NCBI GenBank assembly: GCA_963751455.1
Contig: CAVVUN010000002.1
Location: 32,001 to 96,000 of the forward strand
Direction of reading: 5' to 3'
From: Nitrospirota bacterium
Lineage (GTDB): Bacteria > Nitrospirota > UBA9217
Length of the DNA stretch: 64,000 nucleotides
Part shown: one piece after another, positions 12,711 to 28,346 of the stretch
How the letters are laid out: each line of letters starts with the position of its first letter
Numbering within the stretch: the first letter of the stretch is position 1
The notes under the pieces: model-generated
Seen by the model: only the letters and a program-made list of their open reading frames with translations
The model's database searches: none
Told to the model about the DNA's origin: nothing
Translations under genes and position numbers: made by a program

Positions 12711-15188
12711 TTATTTTGCCTTGCTCACGGCTTGCGCGGCATAGGACAGCAGATCACCCAGCGCGGCGAAGAGCGTTTTTATCCTCTCCGTTTCCGGCAG
12801 CGGTATCTTTAAAAACGCCGAACCTGTCGTTTCGTCTTTGCCGATCATGGCTTGCAGGCGCTTTTCGGCCGGCTCGCCGGGCCGCGCCATCATATCCCCG
12901 AGACCGGCTAGGAACCGCGCGCCGCTCTGGAAAAGGTCGTTCAGCGAATCGCGTGTTTCTCCGTGGCCGTTTCCACCGGATCGTGCTGCTTTGGATCGTC
13001 CGGCACTCACCGCTTCTTGGCGCATTTCTTTTTCCGCCAGTTCATCTTCATGCCGTTTCTGCCGCTCGGCAGCCGGGTCCGGCTGGGGCATGTTTTGCGT
13101 CATCGTCTCGACGGTCTTCATCAGCGTATTGAGCTTCGACTCTCCGACCATGACCGTGTCCAGCCCTCCCTCGTCCAGCGCGCCGGCGAAGACCGACTTC
13201 TTGAATTTGAGCAGTTCAAGAATACGTTCTTCGATTGAGCCGGAGGTTACGAAGTTGATGACCTGTACAGGTTTCTTCTGGCCCATGCGGTGGACTCTGC
13301 CGATGCGCTGTTCGAGCACTGCGGGGTTCCAGGGAATGTCCACGTTGATCACGACCGAACCCGATTGCAGGTTGAGGCCGACTCCTCCGGCGTCGGTCGA
13401 AAGGAAGACGCTGCATTTCGGGTCTTCCCGGAAGTCCGTGATCAAATCCCTCCGCTTCTTCGACGGAATCCTGCCGTGCAGGTGAGTGTATCCGATTCCA
13501 TTTCGTTTCAGGATTTCCTCGACCAGCTCGGCCATGCGAAGCCACTGAGTGAAAACAACGACCTTTTCGCCGCCCTCAATGACCAGTTCCCGGAGAATGA
13601 TTTCGAGTTCCTCGATTTTCGGGCCGTGAATGTTTTTCTTGTCCACGAGATACGTATTGTCCGAAACCATGCGCATCATGTTGAGCGCCATCATGAGCCG
13701 CTTTTGGTCGGCATCGCTCAGGAATTTGTAGCGCCTCCACTTGGCCACGAGCCGGGCCACAAGCTCCCGGTACTCGTCGTGGATCGCGAACTGTTCCCGT
13801 GTCATGGGCACGAAGAAGTTCTTGTCTGTGCGCCCGGGGAGCTGCCGGAGGACTTCGTGTTTCATCCGCCGGATCAGGACGTCCTTGAGCGACTCCCGGA
13901 TGGACCGCAAATGCCGGTAGCCCTTGACCTTGCCGTCATTGTCAACGATGCGATGGTTGTGCACAAAACGGTAAAGAGGCCCGAGGTGGAGCCGGTCGAT
14001 GAACTCCATGATCGAATGCAGCTCTTCAATCCTGTTTTCGAGCGGCGTTCCGGTGAGCACCACGGCGAAGGTCGATTCAAGCCGCTTGACGGATTTCGCC
14101 GTCCGGGTGTTCCAGTTCTTGATCCGTTGCGCCTCGTCGAGGATGATCAGATCGGGAGACCACGCCTTGATATGGTCCAAGTCGCGGGATACGACCTCGT
14201 AGTTGATGACCTTGTAGAACGTTTCAGAACGGTACAGTCGCGCCCGCTCGGCGTTCATGCCCTCGACGACGGAGACGCTTTTGCCAGTGAATTTTTCGAT
14301 CTCTGTCCGCCATTGGTGCTTGAGCGATGTGGGCGTGACAATCAGCACTTTTTCGATATTGAACAGCCTGTGCATCAACTCCGAGGCGGCAAGAGCCTGA
14401 ATGGTTTTTCCGAGGCCCATGTCGTCGCCGATCAGGCAGCGGCCCGCCCGAACCGCGAACAGCGCGCCTTCTTTCTGATAGGGGTAAAGTTCGGTTTTCA
14501 GGAGACTGTGAAACGCCGAGCTCTGGATTCCGTGTTTCAGTACATCTCCGACGATTCGCATTCGGTGTTCCTCGTCCTGATGCTCCGCGACAAAGGCCAT
14601 GACATCATCATAGCAGCGCACTTCGTGACCGTCGAAGCGCCTGGCCGCGTCGGCAAATGCCAGGAAATCGGACATGCGCTCAGGTCTTAATACGCCCTTC
14701 CCGTCGAAATATTTCCGCGCGAGGTGGCTCAGTTCCGCGGGCGCAGCCACGCCGGGTTTGAACCGTATCTCCTTCTTCAAGCCATAGTGCAGGAACACCT
14801 CCGAATACTGCGGGGTGAAGCCCGCACGGAACGCCTTTTTCGCGCCCGGTTTCTTCTCCAGTTTTGCGAGAGTGAATTCGATATGCTTACAGGTGCCGAG
14901 GTTGTTGATGCTGAAATCCGGGCAGGAACAGTAATTCTCGCCCGCATCCTTGCCGCGGATGGCGAGCCTGTACGTTTTTCCCGAGACCGGATTTGTGAGC
15001 GAAAACTCGGAAAAGATCGGATGGTCGCCGTTGTTCCGGAGAATGAAACTCTGCTGCTCGCCGAACTGCTTTCTGAGCGCGCGCTGCCAGTCCTCAAGCG
15101 AGAGGTCGTCGGGCTTGTGCATGCGCGGGACCTTCAGTTTGATCGGTTTTGACTTCGTCCGTGAAGCGCGGCTGTTTATCATTATCAT
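12711..15188 (-). CDS. SNF2-family helicase/ATPase with N-terminal SWIM zinc finger
   Basis: CSCPDF...TCKH (SWIM); GDDMGLGKT, ILDEAQRIKN, LTGTPLEN, STDAGGVGLNLQ and EQRIGRVHRMGQ. Confidence 0.92.
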   Translation of the reverse strand: MIMINSRASRTKSKPIKLKVPRMHKPDDLSLEDWQRALRKQFGEQQSFILRNNGDHPIFSEFSLTNPVSGKTYRLAIRGKDAGENYCSCPDFSINNLGTCKHIEFTLAKLEKKPGAKKAFRAGFTPQYSEVFLHYGLKKEIRFKPGVAAPAELSHLARKYFDGKGVLRPERMSDFLAFADAARRFDGHEVRCYDDVMAFVAEHQDEEHRMRIVGDVLKHGIQSSAFHSLLKTELYPYQKEGALFAVRAGRCLIGDDMGLGKTIQALAASELMHRLFNIEKVLIVTPTSLKHQWRTEIEKFTGKSVSVVEGMNAERARLYRSETFYKVINYEVVSRDLDHIKAWSPDLIILDEAQRIKNWNTRTAKSVKRLESTFAVVLTGTPLENRIEELHSIMEFIDRLHLGPLYRFVHNHRIVDNDGKVKGYRHLRSIRESLKDVLIRRMKHEVLRQLPGRTDKNFFVPMTREQFAIHDEYRELVARLVAKWRRYKFLSDADQKRLMMALNMMRMVSDNTYLVDKKNIHGPKIEELEIILRELVIEGGEKVVVFTQWLRMAELVEEILKRNGIGYTHLHGRIPSKKRRDLITDFREDPKCSVFLSTDAGGVGLNLQSGSVVINVDIPWNPAVLEQRIGRVHRMGQKKPVQVINFVTSGSIEERILELLKFKKSVFAGALDEGGLDTVMVGESKLNTLMKTVETMTQNMPQPDPAAERQKRHEDELAEKEMRQEAVSAGRSKAARSGGNGHGETRDSLNDLFQSGARFLAGLGDMMARPGEPAEKRLQAMIGKDETTGSAFLKIPLPETERIKTLFAALGDLLSYAAQAVSKAK

Positions 15189-15343
15189 GGCATCTGCTCC
15201 TTTGCTTTCTGCATCAATTAGAATGGCCGAAATATAGCAAAAGCGCCGACTGGAGACAAGAGGAAAAACCTTTGACTCGATCTCGCATATTACGTACTAT
15301 GGGCGTCGTAAGGGGTAGTTTTAAGATTCGTGAGGGTTGACGC

Positions 15344-18292
15344 ATGAGTGGAGAGGACACGTCCGCGAGCGAACAGCAGGAAAAGTATCTGGCTTTACTG
15401 GCCGAGAACGGCAGATTGAGGGAAGAAATTAAGGTGCTGAAAGCCCGACTGGGCGATGAGGTGTCCTTCGTTTTGCCGGATTCGATTTCCAGGAATGCGA
15501 ACGGAGCGGATGCGGCAAGTTTCAGGCAGACAGCGGAGACGCTCTTCCCTCCGGAGATCAACAGCAGGTCGGACGTCGGCGACAAGATCAGGTTGTTTAT
15601 GTCGCTGTTCAAGGGGCGGGACGATGTTTACGCCAGGCGTTGGGAAAACAAGAAGAAAGGGACCTCCGGTTATTCACCCTGCTGCTTTAATGAATGGGAG
15701 AGGGGATTTTGCTCGAAACCAAAGGGCAAGTGTTCGGATTGCCGCCATAAAGCATACGCGCCCTTTGATGAAAAGGCGGTTGAAGATCATTTACGGGGGA
15801 ACATCGTCGCCGGCGTATACCCGATGCTCCCTGATGAAACGTGCCGGTTTCTTGCGATTGACCTGGATGACGGGGACTGGCGCAAAGACGCGGCGGCTTT
15901 GCGGGAGACGGCGTCCGAATACGCCATACCTCTTGCGGTCGAGCGCTCCCGCTCGGGCAATGGCGCCCATGCCTGGATCTTTTTTGAGGCGCCGCTGGCC
16001 GCCGTACTGGCAAGGAAATTCGGCACGGCCCTGCTTACCCGAACCATGAGCAAGCGGCATGAGATTACGTTCAAATCGTATGACAGATTTTTCCCCAATC
16101 AGGACACTATGCCCACGGGCGGATTTGGAAACCTGATTGCGATTCCTTTGCAAAAAGAGGCCAGGACCGCCCGAAACAGTGAATTCATCGATGAGTATTT
16201 TGAACCCTATGCCGATCAGTGGACGTATCTGGGCGCAATCCGAAAACTCTCCGAGAAAGAGATAGGTTCGCTCACGGCAACGCTGTGTCACGGAAATGAA
16301 CTCGGCGTTCTGAAAATCGACGAAGAAGATCCGCAAAAACCCTGGGAAACGGTCGCAGTCGGATTGTCGGCGTCGGATTTCCCGCGCTCGATCGAGATCG
16401 TGAAAGCGAATATGTTGTATATCCCCAAAGCGGGGATATCCCAACGGGGATTGAACCGGATCAAACGACTGGCGGCCTTTAGAAACCCGGAGTACTACAA
16501 GGCCCAGGCGATGCGGTTCCCGACGTATGACAAACCGCGAGTTATCTGTTGCGCTGATGTGACCGCTGAATATCTCTGTTTGCCGAGGGGGTGCCAGGAG
16601 GAACTGAAGGAGTTGTTGTCCGAACAGGGTTTGGAAATGACCTGGGTAGACAAGACCAATTGCGGCAAGAGGATTGATGTCGAATTCAAGGGAGTTCTGC
16701 GGGAAGAACAGATGTTTGCCCTGGAAAAACTCCTCGTCCATGATACCGGGCTGCTCGCCGGCACAACCGCCTTCGGAAAGACAGTGGTCGCGATCGGGCT
16801 TATCGCCGAAAGAAAAGTCAATACTCTTATGATTGTGAATCGGGCCGGCCTGATCAGCCAATGGCGGAAACGGTTGCAGGAATTCCTGACCATCAATGAA
16901 ACAGCGCCGCCGGAGACGGACACGAAAGGAAAAAGGCGCAAAAAAGGGAAGAGTATCATTGGTCAAATGGGACAAGGGAAGCAGGCGCTGAGCGGCATCA
17001 TCGATATCGCCCTTATGCAGTCATTGAACAGGATGGGCGAGGTCAGGGAGTGCGTGAAAAATTATGGGATGATCATTGTCGATGAATGCCATCATGTGGC
17101 GGCCTTCAGCTTTGAGACGATCCTGAAAAACGCAAGCGCCCGATATGTGTATGGTCTGACCGCCACGCCCGCCAGAAAAGATGGACACCATCCGATAATA
17201 TTCATGCAGTGCGGACCGGTTCGGTTCCGTGATGATGCCAGGAAGCAAGCGGAAAAAAGGCCGTTTGATCATTTCGTGATCCCGAGATTCACTCCGTTCC
17301 GGCCCCCGCTGGACAGCGAAGAGAAGGAGCTTTCGATCCAGGCTCTTTATGCCGAGGTCGCGGTCAATGAATTACGGAATCAAATCATCATCGATGACGT
17401 GGTAAAGAGCCATGAGAAGGGGCGAAACTGCCTTGTATTGACGGAACGGACCGCGCATGTGGACTATCTCGCCGGCAAGCTGAGAGAAAAAATCCCGGAC
17501 GCTCTCTCTCTTGTGGGGAGCATGGGAGCAAAGGAGACAGGCGAGGTCCTGAACCGAATCGCCGCTACTCCGGCAGACCGTCAATTGACCCTGATCGCGA
17601 CCGGGAGGTACATCGGAGAGGGCTTTGACGAACCACGTCTGGATACGCTCTTTCTGACCATGCCGATCTCATGGAAAGGGACGCTGCAACAGTATGCGGG
17701 CCGGCTGCACCGTCTTTTTGAACACAAGAATGAGGTGCAAATCTATGATTACGTGGATATTCATGTAAGGATGCTGGAGAAGATGTATCAGAGACGCCTG
17801 AACGGCTATGCTGCAATCGGGTATAAAATTAAGGCTGGAACGATCGAAACAGATTCGATCGATATCATCTTCGACAAGAGCAGCTTCCTGCCGGTCTACG
17901 GCAATGATATCAACGCGGCGAAACGGGAGGTCGTGATCGTAAGCCCCTTCGTCACCCGGAGGCGCACCCTCCGCATGTTGCCGCTGCTCGAAGGGGCGAT
18001 GAAAAATGGAGTGAGAACGATCGTCGTGACCAGACGGCCGGAAGATTTCAAGGAAAAGGACGCCGCCGCATTGCGGGAAACCCTGAATTTGCTCAACAAC
18101 GCCGGAGTGAGCGTCGTATTCCGTTCAAATATCCACCAGAAATTCGCCGTGATCGACCAAAGGATCGTCTGGTACGGCAGTATCAATCTGATGAGCTACG
18201 GCGAAGCGGAAGAAAGCATAATGCGCCTCGAAAGCCCGAATATTGCAAATGAACTGATCAAAGTCGCGGAGCGGACCACGGGGAGTTGTTGA
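15344..18292 (+). CDS. AEP primase-like (TOTE-type) N-terminus + SF2 DExH helicase + C-terminal PLD-like domain
   Basis: LFKGRDDVYA..GVYPML..FLAIDLD..ERSRSGNGAHAW; GTTAFGKT, DECHH, TATP, QYAGRLHR; HQKFAVID...GSIN (HKD). Confidence 0.85.
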   Translation: MSGEDTSASEQQEKYLALLAENGRLREEIKVLKARLGDEVSFVLPDSISRNANGADAASFRQTAETLFPPEINSRSDVGDKIRLFMSLFKGRDDVYARRWENKKKGTSGYSPCCFNEWERGFCSKPKGKCSDCRHKAYAPFDEKAVEDHLRGNIVAGVYPMLPDETCRFLAIDLDDGDWRKDAAALRETASEYAIPLAVERSRSGNGAHAWIFFEAPLAAVLARKFGTALLTRTMSKRHEITFKSYDRFFPNQDTMPTGGFGNLIAIPLQKEARTARNSEFIDEYFEPYADQWTYLGAIRKLSEKEIGSLTATLCHGNELGVLKIDEEDPQKPWETVAVGLSASDFPRSIEIVKANMLYIPKAGISQRGLNRIKRLAAFRNPEYYKAQAMRFPTYDKPRVICCADVTAEYLCLPRGCQEELKELLSEQGLEMTWVDKTNCGKRIDVEFKGVLREEQMFALEKLLVHDTGLLAGTTAFGKTVVAIGLIAERKVNTLMIVNRAGLISQWRKRLQEFLTINETAPPETDTKGKRRKKGKSIIGQMGQGKQALSGIIDIALMQSLNRMGEVRECVKNYGMIIVDECHHVAAFSFETILKNASARYVYGLTATPARKDGHHPIIFMQCGPVRFRDDARKQAEKRPFDHFVIPRFTPFRPPLDSEEKELSIQALYAEVAVNELRNQIIIDDVVKSHEKGRNCLVLTERTAHVDYLAGKLREKIPDALSLVGSMGAKETGEVLNRIAATPADRQLTLIATGRYIGEGFDEPRLDTLFLTMPISWKGTLQQYAGRLHRLFEHKNEVQIYDYVDIHVRMLEKMYQRRLNGYAAIGYKIKAGTIETDSIDIIFDKSSFLPVYGNDINAAKREVVIVSPFVTRRRTLRMLPLLEGAMKNGVRTIVVTRRPEDFKEKDAAALRETLNLLNNAGVSVVFRSNIHQKFAVIDQRIVWYGSINLMSYGEAEESIMRLESPNIANELIKVAERTTGSC

Positions 18293-18562
18293 AGCCGGTT
18301 CAATCCAAACCGTCATGGCCGCTTTAACATTAAAAGGGAGGGAAATAACGATGAAGAAGAGTATTGTGTAGGTTTTGGTCTTGGAACAACGACATAGCGT
18401 TTCGTAAGGGTAATACCTAAAAAGTAGAAATTAGGACATCAGGAAAAAACGGCGCGATAAGACGATTTTAAGCGTAAATAAGCCCTCTTGACACTGTTCT
18501 CTAAAAGAGGGAACATATAATTGAGGGGGAAATAGAAAAAAATAAGTAAAAATAAAAAAGTC

Positions 18563-18597
18563 TTGACACAGAAAATCGCTTGTGTTACATTGCGCCC
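18563..18597 (+). promoter_or_regulatory. rrn P1-like sigma70 promoter
   Basis: TTGACA-17 nt-TACATT with upstream A-rich UP element and GC-rich discriminator gcgccc. Confidence 0.7.
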
Positions 18598-18692
18598 TCG
18601 TTCGGCGGTAAACCTCGGGCAAAACCTCGAAGTTCCTAAATACCAAACCGATCTTTTAATTTAAGAACAAAAAGTTAAAGAGAATATTTTTC

Positions 18693-18721
18693 TTGACAAA
18701 GTAATACAGATTTGTTAATAT
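18693..18721 (+). promoter_or_regulatory. rrn P2-like sigma70 promoter
   Basis: TTGACA-17 nt-TAATAT; boxA-like tggtctttgaaaact at about 18748. Confidence 0.65.
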
Positions 18722-18869
18722 CAATATTCTGCGAGGATGCAGGAGCATGGTCTTTGAAAACTAAATAGGTGCATTGCTTCCAAGGACTTCACCAGGTCTT
18801 TGGAAGTGGCGGGTTTTGAGTAACACAAACAGTCAAGTTACCTTGAGTAACATTGCATAGGATCAGATT

Positions 18870-20442
<1,573 letters not shown>

Positions 20443-20655
20443 GAATCAGAGATTGCTTCGGTGACTCTCATCTTAGGTCGTTCGCCAGCACCTATTTAGT
20501 TTTGAAGGACCATGAGTAAGCACAAATTCGAAGTGTTAATTTCGAAATCCGAATCTTGGGATTTAGAGTTTAGAGCTTTCGGATTTAGCCGCTCAGGGCT
20601 ATAGGCATGGGCTCGGAGCTTTACCCCCGGGAAAAGTCCTGAGCCTGTTAAAAAC

Positions 20656-20732
<77 letters not shown>

Positions 20733-20796
20733 ACTAATAACAAATGGCTAAATCGGATTTCAACAATTCTAAATTTAAACCGTTCTGAATTTATCA

Positions 20797-20872
20797 GGGG
20801 CTGTAGCTCAGCTGGGAGAGCACCTGCTTTGCAAGCAGGGGGTCAGCGGTTCGATCCCGCTCAGCTCCACCA
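20797..20872 (+). tRNA. tRNA-Ala(TGC)
   Basis: ggggctgtagctcag...ttTGCaa...ttcga...ctccacca. Confidence 0.97.
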
Positions 20873-21044
20873 TAATTATAATTCAATATTCAAGATTTAA
20901 TATTCACGAGGAATATTGAATGTTGAGTTTTGAATTCCCGAGCGAAGTTGCTCGGGATTGTTCTTTGACAACTGAATAGCAAGAGTACAAGTAAAGCTGA
21001 GGCAAACTCAAGAAAAAGCCAAATTTGCCAGAAGCAAATTTGGT

Positions 21045-24044
<3,000 letters not shown>

Positions 24045-24167
24045 ACTAATTTTTTGCTTCTGACAAATTCGGCTTTTAAAGTACTCTTGCATATTCAGTG
24101 TTGAAGTAAAACGCAGAGCGCATGCGCAAAGCGGTTTAACTTTAAGTAGTTCTTGTAATTAAAGGTT

Positions 24168-24286
<119 letters not shown>

Positions 24287-24292
24287 TATTTT

Positions 24293-24326
24293 AAGCCCAT
24301 TATCGAAAGATAATGGGCTTTTTTTT
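24293..24326 (+). terminator. rrn terminator
   Basis: aagcccattatc-gaaa-gataatgggctt followed by a T-run. Confidence 0.9.
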
Positions 24327-24405
24327 GCACTCGACGCTTTGCCTATTATCGCTTGCATCTTCAATGCGGTATGGTATCATTAAATCCGTTCACTCCCGGT
24401 AAACC

Positions 24406-24873
24406 ATGGCTGATAATAAAACCAATACCTCTGTTGCCACGAATCGAAAAGCCTATCACGATTATTTTATTGAAGAGAATATCGAGGCCGGAATTGTGCT
24501 TCAGGGCACTGAAGTAAAATCTCTTCGACTAGGTCTTGCCAATCTGACGGACAGCTATGCCATAGTCAAGAACAACGAACTGTTCCTGTTCAATGCGAAC
24601 ATCAGCCCGTATCCGCACGGCAATATCATGAACCACGAACCGCTCAGAACGCGCAAACTGCTGCTTCATCGGGAAGAGATCAAAAGGCTTATCGGCAAAA
24701 TGACGCATAAGGGGTATACTCTTATCCCGCTGAAGATATATTTCGTCCGGGGAAAAGCAAAGGTACTGATCGGCCTCGCAAAAGGTAAAAAGGCCTATGA
24801 TAAGCGCGAGACGATCAAGGAAAAAGAATCGAAGCGCGAAGTCGAGAGAACCGTGAAGGAACGAAGCCGCTAA
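24406..24873 (+). CDS. smpB: SsrA-binding protein SmpB
   Basis: [29 protein letters not shown] and [12 protein letters not shown]. Confidence 0.97.
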   Translation: MADNKTNTSVATNRKAYHDYFIEENIEAGIVLQGTEVKSLRLGLANLTDSYAIVKNNELFLFNANISPYPHGNIMNHEPLRTRKLLLHREEIKRLIGKMTHKGYTLIPLKIYFVRGKAKVLIGLAKGKKAYDKRETIKEKESKREVERTVKERSR

Positions 24874-25001
24874 AAAGTAACACCCACCCCTCTTGTCATT
24901 CCATTTGTTACAATCTAAATAATAAGCGGTAATTAGCCGATTCAGACCGGCTGATCGCAGTATCCATTACTCTCTCGATTTTTGACATCAAGGAGGTAAC
25001 T

Positions 25002-25808
25002 ATGAGAAGATTACTGTTTATTATCATTGCCGCGGCTTATGTCATAACCGTGACTGCCCTTACCCCGGTTCAGGCAAAAGTAGTCGGGAAAGCCGTTGAG
25101 TATGCCGCTCACGGCACCACGATGAAAGGATATCTTGCATATGACGATAAAGTCACGAGCAAGCGTCCCGGCATCCTGGTTGTGCATGAGTGGTGGGGTT
25201 TAAACGAGTATGTGCGAAAGCGTGCCGACATGCTTGCAGAACTCGGCTATACCGCTCTGGCCCTGGATATGTACGGAGATGGCAAGACTGCAGCACATCC
25301 GGATGATGCAGGGAAGTTTTCAGCCGAGCTCATGAAGAATTTCGATGTTGCAAAGGCACGGTTTCTGGCAGCAGAGGAGTTTTTGAAAAAGCAGCCGGCA
25401 GTCGATTCCGGCCGGATTGCTGCGGTCGGATATTGCTTTGGAGGCGGAGTGGCTCTCAATATGGCCGCACAAGGGGCCGACTTGAAGGGCGTTGTCAGCT
25501 TCCATGGAGCCCTGGCGCTGGTCCAGGCGCCAAAGCCCGGAGATGTAAAGGCAAAAATCCTTGTTCTCCATGGAGGCGCTGATAAATTCGCGTCACCCGA
25601 GCAAATTGAATCATTCAAGAACTCAATGAAGACTGCCGGGGCCGATTACAGGTTCATCGTCTACCCTGGTGCGATGCATGCGTTTACAAATCCGGAGGCA
25701 ACCGCAAACGGCAAAAAATTCAATATCCCGCTTGCATACAATGAAAAGGCAGATAAAGAATCGTGGGAGGTGATGAAGAAGTTTTTGCAGGAAATCTTTA
25801 GGAAATGA
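25002..25808 (+). CDS. Secreted dienelactone hydrolase family protein
   Basis: Signal peptide; HEWWG, GYCFGG and HAFTNP. Confidence 0.9.
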   Translation: MRRLLFIIIAAAYVITVTALTPVQAKVVGKAVEYAAHGTTMKGYLAYDDKVTSKRPGILVVHEWWGLNEYVRKRADMLAELGYTALALDMYGDGKTAAHPDDAGKFSAELMKNFDVAKARFLAAEEFLKKQPAVDSGRIAAVGYCFGGGVALNMAAQGADLKGVVSFHGALALVQAPKPGDVKAKILVLHGGADKFASPEQIESFKNSMKTAGADYRFIVYPGAMHAFTNPEATANGKKFNIPLAYNEKADKESWEVMKKFLQEIFRK

Positions 25809-25992
25809 CCGTATGGTCCGCAGGGGCGCAGCCCTGTCTGTGCCCCTGTTTAAACATCACTTTTTTGTTTCCTCGCCCGCAGCTTTTTGATATCATATTC
25901 CCACGGCAAGAAAAACAACACGGCACCCCGATCAAACCTTCGAGGGCAGGATTAACGTCTTCCACCAGAGTGAAGGAAGATTTTTATTCTCA

Positions 25993-26697
25993 ATGACATT
26001 ACCAGAGATTCAAAATAAATTACGCAGGCTTTCGAGCAAAGAGAAGGCCAAAATCCTGCAAGGTTTCTTCAAGACAGGACCCGGTCAGTACGGTGAAGGG
26101 GATATATTTCTCGGGATTACCGTTCCCCTGCTCCGTCAACTCGCGAAGGAATGCCGGGACACTCGCATTATCGACGCGGTGAAACTGCTGAGGTCCTCTA
26201 TCCACGAAGAACGGCTTCTAGCTCTTTTTCTTCTCATGCAGCTGTACGTTAAGGGCAACGAAATCGTAAAGAAAAAAATCTATTTGCTTTACCTCAGGAA
26301 CACGAGGTACATCAACAACTGGGACCTGATCGATTTGTCGGCTCCGACTATTATTGGAAATTATCTTGTTGATAAACCTCGGGACCTGCTCTTTGAGCTG
26401 GCTCAATCGAACGATATATGGAAACGAAGAATCAGCATTCTGGCAACATTTGCCTTTATTAAAGAGAACGATTATAAAGACGCCCTCGGGATTTCCCGGA
26501 TTCTTCTCAATGACGAGCACGACCTCATCCAGAAAGCCGTCGGTTGGATGCTTCGTGAGGTGGGCAAACGCGACTTGGCGGCCGAGGAAAGATTTCTTGT
26601 GCGGCATTACAGGACAATGCCACGCACCATGTTACGCTATGCGATAGAGCGGTTTCCCGAGACGAAAAGAAAAAGCTATTTGAATGGAACTATGTAA
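25993..26697 (+). CDS. DNA alkylation repair protein (AlkD-like HEAT repeat)
   Basis: FFKTGPGQYGEGD, NNWDLID, IQKAVGWMLRE and PRTMLRYAIE. Confidence 0.9.
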   Translation: MTLPEIQNKLRRLSSKEKAKILQGFFKTGPGQYGEGDIFLGITVPLLRQLAKECRDTRIIDAVKLLRSSIHEERLLALFLLMQLYVKGNEIVKKKIYLLYLRNTRYINNWDLIDLSAPTIIGNYLVDKPRDLLFELAQSNDIWKRRISILATFAFIKENDYKDALGISRILLNDEHDLIQKAVGWMLREVGKRDLAAEERFLVRHYRTMPRTMLRYAIERFPETKRKSYLNGTM

Positions 26698-26738
26698 TCA
26701 GATCTGCGGGTTTTTTTGATGGGACCTGACCACCTGCA

Positions 26739-28091
26739 TCATTCTCTTGCTAAAAACTCCTGAACAAACAGCGGTTCCGATTCGATCACATCACGGAATA
26801 TCGCGACTATCCGGGGAGCGAACTGCTTGCCGGAAAATCGGGTAAGCTCCCGGAGAGCTTCTTCATGAGAAAACGGCTTTTTGTAGGGACGCGCCGAGGT
26901 CATGGCGTCAAAGGCATCAGCCACAGCTATTATTGCCGCGTGAAGCGGAATGTCTTCTCCTCGAAGCCCGTCGGGATAGCCTTCTCCGTTGAACCACTCA
27001 TGGTGATGTCTCACGCCCGGGATGTATTTCTGAAGTGAAGAGGCCCTGCTCAGAATAGCCGCACCGAATTCGCTATGGTTTGCGATTTCATCGCGTTCCA
27101 GCGGGTCCAGAGGACCTTCCTTCAGCAGAAGGTAATCGGGCATCTTTAGCTTTCCGACATCATGGAAAAGACTTGCCAATTCCAGATCTTCAAGCTCTGA
27201 GCCGGCAAGCCCCATTGCTTTACCGATTTTTAATGATAATTTTGAGACCCGCGTTGAATGGCCGAGAGTATACGGATCGCGTGCGTCGATTGCCGCGGCA
27301 AGCACTTTTACTGTCGAGCGATAGGCTTCTTCCAGCTCTCTTGCAGAATCCGTAAGCCTCGTCTGCTGCTGTGTAATCAATTCCGCCATCTGGTTGAAGC
27401 TGGCCGTCAAATGTCCGAGTTCATCGTGCGCGTAAATTCTCAGCCGAGAACTTTTGCCTCTTTTGAGTTCCCGTACGCCGAGGGAAAGTTCTTTGATCGG
27501 CCGGGTCACAAAGGAGGACAGCACAATAATACAACCAATGCCGAGCATTATAACGATCACGAATCCCGCAATGATTCTTTTGCGCGTTTCCGCCCTCGCC
27601 CTGAGCAAGGCCGACTTATTCATGCCGATGACGAATAAGCCTACCTGCTTTTTATTGAAGATCATCGGCGTAACAATTTCAAAACGATCTGCTTCATTCT
27701 TTACTTCATAGATATGAGTCCCGTCCCCTGCTTTCTGGATAGTTTTGCCCGGGGACGGAGTAAATCTACCGCCGGTATTTGTCATATTGCTATGCGCAAT
27801 TATGTTCATGCCGGAATCCGTGACTATCACGTACTCCACATCCTCATTTGCCGCCTTGACCTTCGAAACAATATTGATCATTCCGAGTAAATCACCCGAA
27901 AGAATGCTATACGGGGCCAAAGCTGCCGTGCTCTTGCTGAGCGACTCTGCACGCTTTATGACTTCGTCCATAATATACCGGTTCACGGTATTTACCGTCA
28001 GGACAGTGAAAATAGATGCAGTGACCAAAAGCAGAATGGTAATGAAGAGAGCAATTTTAAATTTAAGTTTACCGAAAATATGTTTTATCAT
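26739..28091 (-). CDS. Membrane HAMP + HD-GYP c-di-GMP phosphodiesterase
   Basis: Two TM segments, HAMP (DELGHLTASFNQM), DPYTLGHS, HDVGK and HHHEWFNGEGYPDG. Confidence 0.9.
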   Translation of the reverse strand: MIKHIFGKLKFKIALFITILLLVTASIFTVLTVNTVNRYIMDEVIKRAESLSKSTAALAPYSILSGDLLGMINIVSKVKAANEDVEYVIVTDSGMNIIAHSNMTNTGGRFTPSPGKTIQKAGDGTHIYEVKNEADRFEIVTPMIFNKKQVGLFVIGMNKSALLRARAETRKRIIAGFVIVIMLGIGCIIVLSSFVTRPIKELSLGVRELKRGKSSRLRIYAHDELGHLTASFNQMAELITQQQTRLTDSARELEEAYRSTVKVLAAAIDARDPYTLGHSTRVSKLSLKIGKAMGLAGSELEDLELASLFHDVGKLKMPDYLLLKEGPLDPLERDEIANHSEFGAAILSRASSLQKYIPGVRHHHEWFNGEGYPDGLRGEDIPLHAAIIAVADAFDAMTSARPYKKPFSHEEALRELTRFSGKQFAPRIVAIFRDVIESEPLFVQEFLARE

Positions 28092-28346
28092 TATAACTTT
28101 TTTATCACAAGATTCCGATACAGTCAAATTGGTTTTATAGAAGACAAGCCGTAATGTGTTATTTTAGCGCTAAAATGAAAGTTAATGCTATTTTCTTTTG
28201 CGATATAACGAAACGCAGGAAAAATCGGGCAAATCATAAATTCGCTGTAAAAGCTGAATTTATAGGCTTGATAATTACGCAAAAATATGCTGTAATAACC
28301 CACACTGGGTAATAATTGTGAAGCGCGAAACGAAGAGGGAGGGGCG

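Noticed and set aside
10079-16975. Long antisense ORFs (10079-11080, 13290-14690, 15791-16975; likewise 32127-33290)
   Set aside because: Shadows of recognised genes on the opposite strand, with no motifs of their own
18333-18371. RBS plus mini-ORF MKKSIV* after the helicase gene
   Set aside because: Too short to call; may be a gene remnant at an insertion junction
24874-25000. tmRNA gene next to smpB
   Set aside because: No tRNA-Ala-like ends or tag frame, and the gap is too short
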